Shown one piece after another: positions 39,346-50,662 of a stretch of 64,000 nucleotides of DNA. Position 1 is the first letter of the stretch, and the number at the start of each line of letters is the position of its first letter. The translations under genes and the position numbers were made by a program. The stretch covers positions 32,178,001-32,242,000 of the forward strand of contig NC_135808.1 of NCBI RefSeq assembly GCF_964213995.1, read 5' to 3'. Source of the stretch: Mustelus asterias (Eukaryota). The notes below the pieces were generated by a model, which saw nothing but the letters and a program-made list of their open reading frames with translations, had not been told where the DNA came from and did no database searches.

Positions 39346-40894
39346 CTGTGAAGCAGCAGTACTAACCATTGTGTCAAAGTGCCGTGAAGTTAGGATGGTG
39401 AGTGACTTGGAGGGGAACATCCAGGTGATGGTGTTTACATATATCAGCTGCTTTTGTCCTCCGAGTTATAAGTTTATTTATTAGTCAAAGGTAGGCTTAC
39501 ATTAACACTGCAATGAAGTTACTGTGAAATTCTCCTAGTCGCTACCGTCCGGCACCTGTTAGGGTCAATGCACCCAACCAGCACGTCTTTCAGACTGTGG
39601 GAGAAAACCAGAGCAGCCGGAGGGAACCCACGTAGACACAGGGAGAATGTGCAAACTCCATATAGACAGTGACCCGAGCCGGGAATCGAACGCAGATCCC
39701 TAACACTGTGAGGCAGCAGTGCTAACCATTGTGCCACCGTGCCGCCCTACCTACTTCTAGATGGTTGTGGTCATGGGTTTAGAAGGCACTGCCTAAGGAG
39801 CCTCAGTGAGTTCCTGCAGTGAATTTTGTAGACAGTACACAGCTGATAGTGTCAGTGGTGAAGGAAGTGGATTGGGTGTCAATCCTGGATGGTGTCAATC
39901 CTGGATGGTGTCAAGCTTCTTGAGTGTTATTGGAACTGCGTCCATCCAGACAAGTGGAGAATATTCCATTACACTCCTGACTTAATCATAGAATCCCTAC
40001 AGTGCAGAAGGAGGCCATGTGGCCCATCAAGTCTGCACCAACCACAATCCCACCCAGACCCTATTTCCAAAACCCCACATATTTACCCTGCTAATCCCCG
40101 AACACTAAAGGTCAATTTAGCATGGCCAATCTTTGGACTGTGGAAGGAAACCGGAGCACCCAGAGGAAACCCACACAGACACGGGGAGAATGTGCAAACT
40201 CCACACAGACCTGTGGCCAGAATTGAATGCGGCCCCTGGTGCTGAGGCAGCAGTGCTAACCACTGTGCCACCTGTTCACAGTGGACAGGCTTTGGGGAGT
40301 CAGGTGGTGAGTTACTCACCGGATTCCCAGCCTCTGACCTTCTCTTTAATAAAGTTACTTACTTTAGGTAAAAGCAAATTACTGCAGATGCTGGAGTCTG
40401 AAAGCAAACGAGAAAATGCTGGAAAATCGCAGCAGGTCTGGCAGCATCTATAAGGAGAGAAAAGAGCTGACGTTTCGAGTCCAGATGATCCTTTATCATG
40501 AGCTTTGACAAAGGGTCATCTGGACTCGAAATGTCAGCTCTTTTCTCTCCTTATAGATGCTGCCAGACCTGCTGAGATTTTCCAGCATTTTTTCTTTTAC
40601 TTACTTTAGATATTGTGATGAAGCTGATCCCGTATCATTATACAATATAAATATTGCACTGAACTGAAATTGGTTAAACTAACATTAATACTTCAGGAAA
40701 ATGGCACTTATTTCATGTAAACATTGTAATCAAAAATTTCCTGCACTTAATGTAATAAAATAGTTCTCTATCTTAACCAATTTAAATATTGTTGACAAAC
40801 TGAATCCCTATAATTATTTAACATAAGGTGTGTATTTGAACTTACTCCCACATTGTTTAACAATGCAAACGTGGAGCTGTGTGTTATACAGAGA

Positions 40895-41294
40895 TGTGGA
40901 GACGCCGGCGTTGGACTGGGATAAGCACTGTAAGAAGTCTCACAACACCCGGTTAAAGTCCAACAGGTTTATTTGGTAGCACAAACCACAAGCTTTACAG
41001 GTAATCAAGCCTTAAAGGTACAGACAATGTGACTGGAAAGAGCATTAAGCACAGGTTTAAGAGATGTGTGCTTAACCCTCTCTCCACTCACATTGTCTGT
41101 ACCTTTAAGATTTGATTACCTGTAAAGACTCGCATTCCAATCATTATTTTGTAAATTGAGTTTGTGTCTTTATATACCCTGTTTGTGAACAGAACTCCCA
41201 CTCGCCTGAGGAAGGGGCAGCGCTCTGAAAGCTTGTGGCTTTTGCTACCAAATAAACCTGTTGGACTTTAACCTGGTGTTGTGAGACTTCTTAC
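40895..41294. mobile_element. Non-coding fold-back Penelope derivative in TRIM-C intron 1
   Basis: Inverted pLTR halves; 15-bp TSD tgtgttatacagaga at 40880 and 41295. Confidence 0.8.
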
Positions 41295-41380
41295 TGTGTT
41301 ATACAGAGAACCAGTGATCTGACTCTAAACAAGAACACACCGGTCCTGTGTGGAACACCCACCCACAATGTCCCCATTAC

Positions 41381-41883
41381 CTTGAACTCTCATACCGCAT
41401 CCGCCACATGCAGACAAGTTTCAGCTTCTCCCCGTGTTTCTCACAGACAGACTGCTCCCTTTCTGTGTCTCCATCCAGCTTCTCCCCGTGTTTCTCACAG
41501 AGAGACTGCTCCCTCTCTGTGTCTCCATCCAGCTTCTCCCCGTGTTTCTCACAGAGAGACTGCTCCCTCTCTGTGTCTCCATCCAGCTTCTCCCCGTGTT
41601 CCTCCTCCAGTTTCAGCTCCAGTTGGCTGGTTTCCTCACAGAGATTGGCCAGTACCCTGTTACTGGTGAAACTTCTCCGGGGGAGAAGCTGCTGACATTC
41701 CGGGCAGGACACAGCCTGACGCTGCTTTCCCCAACACTTCTGGATACAGGATTTACAGAAGTTGTGCTCACAGTCCAGCCGCACCGGCTCCACAAACAGA
41801 GACTGACAGATGGAGCAGGTTAATCCCTCACTCAGAGTTAACACAAGTTTACTAACAGCTACCTCCGTTTGCCACTCCTCCAT
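41381..41883 (-). pseudogene. TRIM-C exon 1: RING intact, B-box core deleted with frameshift
   Basis: Ancestral ATG changed to GTA (an in-frame ATG exists at 41883). About 70 nt of B-box missing relative to TRIM-A. TGA in the ancestral frame (VADAV*EFK) before AAG|GTAATG. Confidence 0.8.
41422..41604 (-). repeat. Same 54-bp repeat, about 3.4 copies, in TRIM-C
   Basis: Direct repeat visible in DNA and protein. Confidence 0.9.
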
Positions 41884-42324
41884 CCTGTTACCCACCGAAC
41901 TTCCTGATCCCTCCCAATTTATAGTGAAACATGTGTCCTCTTAAAGGGGCACTATCACCAGGATTTTTTTAGGTTATTCGTTTTTAAAGGGTTAAAAATT
42001 CTTTGGGATTGGTGAAGATTAAATGTAGTCTGCTTGGATTCGAACCACGAAACTCAATTACCAAATAGATACATCTCCTCTCAGCCTTCTTCTCCCCAAG
42101 GAGAACAGTCCCAACCTCTCCAATCTAGCCTCATAACAATTTTCTCATCCCGAGAAGCATTCTTGTAAACCTCTTCTGCTTTCTCTCAAATGTGTCAGCA
42201 TCCTTCCTGTAGTGTGCCACCCAGAATTGTGCACAATATTCCAGCTGAGGTCTAACTAACAAGCGTCTTGTATAAGTTCAGCATGAGCTCCTTGCTCTTA
42301 TTCTCTCTGCCCCTATGAATAAAG

Positions 42325-44269
42325 TAAGAGTTTTAACAACACCAGGTTAAAGTCCAACAGGTTTATTTGGTAGCAAATACCAGTAGCTTTCGGAGCGCTG
42401 CTCCTTCGTCAGATGGAGTGGAAATCTGCTCTCAAACAGGGCACAGAGACACAAAATCAAGTTACAGAATACTGATTAGAATGCGAATCCCTACAGCCAA
42501 CCAGATCTTAAAGATACAGACAAGGTGGGTGGAGGGAGCATTAAGCACAGGTTAAAGAGATGTGTATTGTCTCCAGACAGGACAGCCAGCAAGTCCAGGG
42601 GGCAAGCTGTGGGGGTTACTGATAATGTGACATAAATCCAACATCCCGGTTTAGGCCGTCCTCATGTGTGCAGAACTTGGCTATCAGTTTCTGCTCAGTG
42701 ACTCTGCGCTGTCGTGTGTCGTGAAGGCCGCCTTGAAGAACGCTTACCTGAAGATCAGAGGCTGAATGCCCGTGACTGCTGAAGTGCTCCCCCACAGGAA
42801 GAGAACAGTCTTGCCTGGTGATTGTCGAGCGGTGTTCATTCATCCGTTGTCGTAGCGTCTGCATGTACCATGCCTCAGGACATCCTTTCCTGCAGCGTAT
42901 CAGGTAGACAACGTTGGTCGAGTTGCAAGAGTATGTACCGTGTACCTGGTAATCGTATTCTCACGTGAGATGATGGCATCCATGTCGATGATCCGGCATG
43001 TCTTGCAGAGGTTGCTGTGGCAAGGTTGTGTGGTGTCATGGTCACTGTTCTCCTGAAGACTGGGTAGTTTGCTGCGGACAATGGTCTGTTTGAGGTTGCG
43101 CGGTTGTTTGAAGGCAAGAAGTGGGGGTGTGGGGGTGGCCTTGGTGAGATGTTCGTCTTCATCAATGACATGTTGAAGGCTCCGGAGGAGATGCCGTAGC
43201 TTCTCCGCTCCGGGGAAGTACTGGACGACGAAGGGTACTCTGTCCACCGTGTCCCGTGTTTGTCTGCTGAGGAGGTCGGTGCGGTTTTTCGCTGTGGCGC
43301 GTCGGAACTGTTGATCGATGAGTCGAGCGCCATATCCTGTTCTTATGAGGGCATCTTTCAGCGTCTGGAGGTGTCGGTTGCGATCCTCCTCATCCGAGCA
43401 GATCCTGTGTATTCGGAGGGCTTGTCCGTAGGGGATGGCTTCTTTAACGTGTTTAGGGTGGAAGCTGGAGAAGTGGAGCATTGTGAGGTTATCCGTGGGC
43501 TTGCGGTACAGTGAGGTGCTGAGGTGACCGTCCTTAATGGAGATGCGTGTGTCCAAGAATGCAATCGATTCCGGAGAGTAGTCCATGGTGAGTCTGATGG
43601 TGGGATGGAACTCATAGAAATCATAGAATCATAGAAACCCTACAGTGCAGAAGGAGGCCATTCGGCCCATCGAGTCTGCACCGACCACAATCCCACCCAG
43701 GCCCTACCCCCACATATATACCCGCTAATCCCACTAACCTACGCATCTCAGGATACTAAGGGGCAATTTTTAACCTGGCCAATCAACCTAACCCGCACAT
43801 CTTTGGACTGTGGGAGGAAACCGGAGCACCCGGAGGAAACCCACGCAGACACGAGGAGAATGTGCAATCTCCACACAGACAGTGACCCGAGCCGGGAATC
43901 GAACCCGGGACCCTGGAGCTGTGAAGCAGCAGTGCTAACCACTGTGCTACCGTGCCGCCCATCAACGGAACTTGTTGATGTCATCATATAGTTGTTTCAG
44001 TGATTGCTCACCATGAGTCCAAAGGAAGAAAATGTCATCGATGTATCTAGTGTATAGCATTGGTTGAAGGTCCTGTGCGGTGAAGAGGTCTTGTTCGAAC
44101 CTGTGCATGAAGATGTTGGCATTTTGAGTTGCGAATTTGGTCCCCATGGCTGTTCCACGTGTCTGGATGAAGAACTGGTTGTTGAAGGTGAAGACATTGT
44201 GGTCCAGGATGAAGCGGATGAGTTGTAAAATTGCTTCTGGAAACTGGCAGTTGACAGCATTGAATGAAG
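42325..44269 (-). mobile_element. Penelope-like element (RT C-terminal half + GIY-YIG), interrupted by a SINE
   Basis: MGTKFA...RYIDDIF, FLDT..., LYRKPTD, GIY-YIG; TSD cctatgaataaag/cctacgaataaag inside a CR1. Confidence 0.9.
43613..43960 (-). mobile_element. Young HE1-like V-SINE nested in a Penelope element
   Basis: Full length; short TSD ggaact. Confidence 0.9.
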
Positions 44270-45281
44270 CCTACGAATAAAGCCCAGAATACGATATGCT
44301 TTATTCACTGCTCTCTCCATCTGTCCTGCTGCCTTTAATGATCTATACACACACAGACCCAGCTCCCTCTGCTCCTGAACCCCTTTAAGAATTTTACCCC
44401 TTATTTTATATTGTTTCTCCTTCTTCCAACCAAAATGCATTACCTCACACCATTGCATTGATCTTCATCTGCCACATATCCACCTACACCAACTTGTCTC
44501 TGTGCTTTTGAAGTTCTGCACTGTCCTGTTCGCAGTTTATAATACAAGTTTTCCACAAACTTTGAAATTGTCCCTGATACACCAAGTTCTAGATCATTAA
44601 CATACATCAGAAAAAGCCAGGATCCCAACACTGACCCCTGGGGAAATTCCACCATAAACCTTCCTCCAGCCCCCCAAAAATATCCACTGACCACCACTCT
44701 CTGCTTCCCATTGTTCAGGCTATTCTGTGTCCATATTGCTGGTGATCCACTCATTCCTTGAGCTGTTACTTTTCTCACAGAGAGGAACACTCTTTAATTA
44801 ACACAACTATGTTTTGAATATGCGGGAACTTTGTCGAGATGCACCACGTCACGGGAATTGTCAATGCCCACTTCACTGGCTGGTACACAGCTGATTACAC
44901 TGCGAGGGGACTCTGCACCTTACCTTCCCACCTCAATCAGGAATCTGTCTGCTCAGCAGGGACGAAGACTAAAACTGGGTCGGCGCCGAGGGCGTGCTGT
45001 GCTGCTGGGGGGTCGGCGCTGCGGGCACGCCAAGCTGCCTGGGGGTCGACGTTGAGGGCGTGCGTTGCTTTGGTTAGCTGAGTTGGCTGGGCTGTGATGC
45101 TGAGCAATGCCAATAACATGGGTTCCATTCCCGTACTGGCTGAGGTCACTCACGAAGGGACATATCTCCTGAACCGTGCCCCTTGCCTGAGGTGTGCTGA
45201 CCCTCAGATTAAATCACCCTCAGTGAGCACTCACCCTCAAAGGGAAGAGCATCCTCCAGGATTCTGCTGACTTTACCTTTT

Positions 45282-45545
45282 ACTGAGGGAGTGCTGCAGT
45301 GTTGGATCTATTGTGTTGTGATGTTAAACTGCACCCAGTCTTTGGTAAAACCCCTTTGTTCTTTGAATGCACACAGTGGGGATAATCTCTTCTTTTCCTG
45401 TCCAATATTTTCCCTTAACCCACAGCTATGAATAACAGGTACCCAGGCCATGATCACATTGCTGTTTGTGGGAGCTTGCTGTGCACAAATAGTGTGAATG
45501 GTGTCAAGAGTTCATTTCTGTAGCACTCACTGGGATGTCCCAGGT
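45282..45545 (+). mobile_element. Old Deu-domain SINE fragment
   Basis: tactgagggagtgctgca...cacattgctgtttgtgggagcttgctgtgc resembles the Deu domain (recalled consensus, not aligned). Confidence 0.5.
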
Positions 45546-46030
45546 CTGCAAGTGGTCTTTATCGTTCCTTGGAAAGAAATGTACTCAAAGCGCTGGCTCT
45601 GAATTGATTTGCAATATTCTTTTGATTTTGCTTAATATCTACAGTCCAAACCGAGAGGAAAAGAAATTCCTGATCGGAATCGCACAGTAAAACCTCACAT
45701 ACAGGACATGGGGATTGCACGCTGTCTGCTAAACAGACCGGCTATCGTCTCCCATTGATCCCATTAAAATGAGCAGTGATGGACATGATCAATTTACACT
45801 CTCCCCACTTCAGCCATTTGGTATTGTCTTCAAGCGTTCCCACGCTGAGTTAGAGCATGGTTAGTAACAGAGTAAAGCTTCCTGTTTTCACTGAGAACCG
45901 GGGACTGAACAGGAATCAATTCCACAAAGTTTACAGAATCTGACAGGAATCCAGATTGCAGAGCTGAAGATCAGTCTCCAGTGTGCTGTTTATCATGCTT
46001 CAACCCATCCATCAGTTCACCCCATCAACT

Positions 46031-47420
46031 GCGCACACTCTGGCACACGCACACTCTGGCACACTGGCACACACACTCTGGCACACTGGCACACACACTC
46101 TGGCACACTGGCACACACACACTCTGGCACACTGGCACACACACACTCTGACACACTGGCACACACACACTCTGGCACACTGGCACACACACACTCTGAC
46201 ACACTGGCACACACACACACCCTGGCACACTGGCACACACGCACACTGGCGCACACACACTCTGACACACTGGCACACACACACTCTGACACTGGCACAC
46301 ACTCTGACACAGACACACACACTCTGACACACACACACACTCTGGCACACTGGCACACACTCTGACACAGACACACACTCTGACACACACACACACTCTG
46401 ACACACACACTCTGACACACACACACTCTGACACGCACACACTCTGACACGCACACACTCTGACACGCACACACACACTCTGACACACACACACACTCTG
46501 ACACACTGGCACACACTCTGACACAGNNNNNNNNNNNNNNNNNNNNNNNNNNNNNNNNNNNNNNNNNNNNNNNNNNNNNNNNNNNNNNNNNNNNNNNNNN
46601 NNNNNNNNNNNNNNNNNNNNNNNNNNNNNNNNNNNNNNNNNNNNNNNNNNNNNNNNNNNNNNNNNNNNNNNNNNNNNNNNNNNNNNNNNNNNNNNNNNNN
46701 NNGCATACACACTCTGACACACTGGCACACACACACTCTGACACTGGCACACACTCTGACACAGACACACACACTCTGACACACACACACACTCTGGCAC
46801 ACTGGCACNNNNNNNNNNNNNNNNNNNNNNNNNNNNNNNNNNNNNNNNNNNNNNNNNNNNNNNNNNNNNNNNNNNNNNNNNNNNNNNNNNNNNNNNNNNN
46901 NNNNNNNNNNNNNNNNNNNNNNNNNNNNNNNNNNNNNCACACTGGCACNNNNNNNNNNNNNNNNNNNNNNNNNNNNNNNNNNNNNNNNNNNNNNNNNNNN
47001 NNNNNNNNNNNNNNNNNNNNNNNNNNNNNNNNNNNNNNNNNNNNNNNNNNNNNNNNNNNNNNNNNNNNNNNNNNNNNNNNNNNNNNNNNNNNNNNNNNNN
47101 NNNNNNNNNNNNNNNNNNNNNNNNNNNNNNNNNNNNNNNNNNNNNNNNNNNNNNNNNNNNNNNNNNNNNNNNNNNNNNNNNNNNNNNNNNNNNNNNNNNN
47201 NNNNNNNNNNNNNNNNNNNNNNNNNNNNNNNNNNNNNNNNNNNNNNNNNNNNNNNNNNNNNNNNNNNNNNNNNNNNNNNNNNNNNNNNNNNNNNNNNNNN
47301 NNNNNNNNNNNNNNNNNNNNNNNNNNNNNNNNNNNNNNNNNNNNACTCACGCACATACACAAAGCTACATATACACAGACACACATAGATACCTACAGAC
47401 AGACACACACACGTACACAC
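46031..47420. repeat. CA-rich satellite (cacactctg/cacactgg units) with three N gaps
   Basis: Direct inspection. Confidence 0.9.
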
Positions 47421-50407
47421 ATCCTTCAATCAGATGTATGAAACAAAGGTGGCAGTAGGGATTCACTAACTGCCTGCTCGGTGAGACCAGCCTCTATCCC
47501 ATGTGAAATTTTCATCCTGGCTTCATTGAGTGAACATAGAACAGGAACAGGCCCTTTGGCCCACAATGCCAATTTAAACTAATCCCCTCTGCCTGCCCCT
47601 GGTCCATATCCCTCTGTTCTTTGCATATTCATGTGCTTATCTAAAAGCCCCTTTAAATGCCCCTATCATATCTGCCTGCAGCACCAGCTCAGGCAGCACG
47701 TTCCCGGCACCTATCACTCCCTGTGTAAAACACTTGCCCCTCACATCTCCTTTGAACTTTCCCCCTCTCACCTTCAGTGCATGAACCCCTAGTATTCGAC
47801 ATTTCAATTCTGGGAAAAAGATTCTGACGGTCAACCCTATTTCTGCCTCTCATAATTTCCATCAGGTCTCCCCTCAGCCTCCGCCCCTCCAGAGAAAACA
47901 ACCCTAGTTTGTCCAGCCCCTCCTAATCACTCATACCCACTAATCCAGGCAGCATCCTGGTGAACCTCTTCTGCACCCTCTCCAAAGCTTCCACATCCTT
48001 CCTGTAATGTGATGTCCAGGATTGAACGCAGTACTCAAAGTGAGGCCTTACTGCAACATGACATCCTGACTCTTGTACTCAATGCAGCGACCAATAAAAG
48101 CAAGCATGCCTTACTCTGCAATCGCTTAGGATGACCTGTTCTCAATACACATCTTTAATACTGAGGGGGCGGGGGAGGGGAGGGCGGGGGGGGGGGGGGC
48201 AGGGTGGGGGTGGGTGGGGGGGGTGGAGGGGGGGAGAAAACACAACACATTTCAAAATAAAGATTTCAGTTGAGAAGCGGTGTTAATGGGCATCACGATG
48301 GCACAGTGTTAAGCACTGCTGCCTCACAGCGCCAGGGACCCGGGTTCAATTCTGGCCTTGGGTCACTGTCTGTGTGGAGTTTGCACATTCTCTCCGTGTC
48401 TGCGTGGGTTTTCTCCGGGTGCTCCGGTTTCCTCCCACAGTCCAAAGATGAGCAGGTTAGGTTGATTGGCCATGCTAAATTAACCCTAGCATCAGGGGGA
48501 TTAGCAGGTAAATATGTGGGGTTGCCGGAATAGGTCCTGGGTGAGATTGTGGTCAGTGCAGACTCGATGGGCCAAATGGCCTCTTCCTGCACTGTCAGGA
48601 TTCTATGATTCTAAAAGCGAACCCAGGAATTGAGAGAGCCTGCACATTTCACAGAGGTGATTTCTGTTTCAATGAAGTGACTTGAAACAAACGTTTTTTG
48701 CCAAGTGTTTGCAACCTTTTCAGTTTTTATTTCAGATTTTCAACATCCGCAGTACATTTCTCCTATTTTAGTTCCACTCTAGTCCATGCTTGTTAACAGC
48801 AGACTACGCTGGGAAGATGGTGATGTAGTGGTAATGTCACTGAGCCAGTAATCCAGAGGCTCAGGTTAATGCTCTGGGGACATGAGTTCCAATCCCACCA
48901 CGGCAGCTGCAGGAATTTGAATTCAGTTAATAAAACTCTGAAATTGAAAGCTAGTCCCAGTAATGGTAACCATGAAACCAACTGTCATTGTTGTAAAAAA
49001 AACAAAACCCATCTAGTTCGCTTACATCCTTAGACGTGACTCCAGACCCACAGCAATGTGGTTGACTCTTAACTGCCCTCTGATATGGCCAGGCAAAACA
49101 CAGCTCAAGGGCTTTCTAGCTATGCCCACATTACATGAAAGAATAAAAAGAAAATTGAAGAGTTTGTGTATCACTCAGATCTGTTGAGTGCCAAGTGAAA
49201 AGGTTCGACAGCATGTACCTTTTCTCAGCAACATTACTAAGCAGCGGTTTGCGTATCCCTCGGCGGTGACTCTTCACAGTGTAGTCCACTGGTGGGCTGT
49301 TCTGATTGGTGCAATCTGCCTCATCTGACTGGGTGAATGGCTATCCCAGTATTCAGGGGCTAACCAATCGCATGTTAAACACAAAGTATAATGGTGCTGC
49401 TTTCCTCTCCCCCGAGCTGCCAGGGATTTCTATCATACTTTATGGTGTCGGAGCGTGACAGCTTGCTCTCCGATGCTGGTGTCTGACATTCCCACTGCCG
49501 GTGAGATGCTGTCAGTTGCCCAGTAATGGTCACCATCCCATCAACATTTTTAGTGCTCTGACCCCTTTCACAGCGTGAGCCTGACATTTTGTTCCAATAC
49601 TTGTGAGCGACTCAGAATTGGATTGGAACAGACTCTATACATATCTCGCAACAGACTATTCTGTATTCCCTGGCAGGGAAGGTTCGAAGGTCGAGGTCAG
49701 TCAAGGGTCACAGGTCAGGATCCATACATACCCCGGGGTTCAAAGGTCAGGGTGCTGGCCAGTCTTTATTTTATTTATTAGTGTCACAAGTAGGCTTACA
49801 TTAATACTGCAATGAAGCCACTGAGCAAATGCCCTAGTTGCCACACTCCGGTGCACTGAGGGAGAATTTAGCATGGCCAATGCACCTAACCAGCACGTCT
49901 TTGGAGTGTGGGAGGAAACCGGAGCACCCAGAGGAAACCCACGCAGACACGGGGAGAACGTGTAAACTCCACACAGGCAGTCACCCAAGGCCAGAATCGA
50001 ATCTGAATCCCTGGCGCTGTGAGGCAGCAGTGCTAACCACTGTGCCACCGTGCTGCCCTGCTGTTGGGGTTGAAAGGACAAGACGCTGTACCGAACCCGG
50101 GGTTCAATGTTCAGGGTGGTGACCAGTCAGTCAGGGGTCAAAGGTCAATATGCGGTACAGACCCCAGGGTACAAAGACGCTGTACAGTCCCCAGGATTCA
50201 AAGGTCAAAGTGTAATGCATTGAACCTGTGTCCGGGACAGACGCTGACAAAACATTTTGTTAAAAATTAGTTTACAATGCAATGCAAATTGGCAAAAAGG
50301 TCCACCTCCCACCACTGGTCATGTTAGAGGCAGTGATGATGCTGCTCAGTCACTCATCAGTATAACAGAGCGAGAGAGGGAGAGAGAGAGAGTCTCCATC
50401 CTGCGAT

Positions 50408-50461
50408 TCAGAGCTGGAAAGCTGGCGGGAGTCTCGGGTTGGTCGAGGAGTTAATGCTCAT
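50408..50461 (-). other. Candidate terminal (cytoplasmic/3'UTR) exon of the class I-like gene
   Basis: Strong acceptor tttctcctctccag|; phase-0 frame MSINSSTNPRLPPAFQL* continues the TM-exon frame. Confidence 0.5.
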
Positions 50462-50662
50462 CTGGAGAGGAGAAACAGGAGGAGGTTAGAGCTGGAACAT
50501 TGCCACATATTAACTTGTCATTTGTGTCTTCGGGGTTGAATAAGATGTGAGAGCGGAATGCCCCTTGGGCAGCACAGTGGCACAGTGGCTAGCACTGCTG
50601 CCTCACAGTGCCAGGGACCCGGGTTCAATTCCGGCCTTGGATCACTGTCTGTGTGGAGTTTG

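Noticed and set aside
48164-48235. Long G-runs (G-quadruplex candidate)
   Set aside because: Low-complexity, error-prone homopolymer with no functional context.
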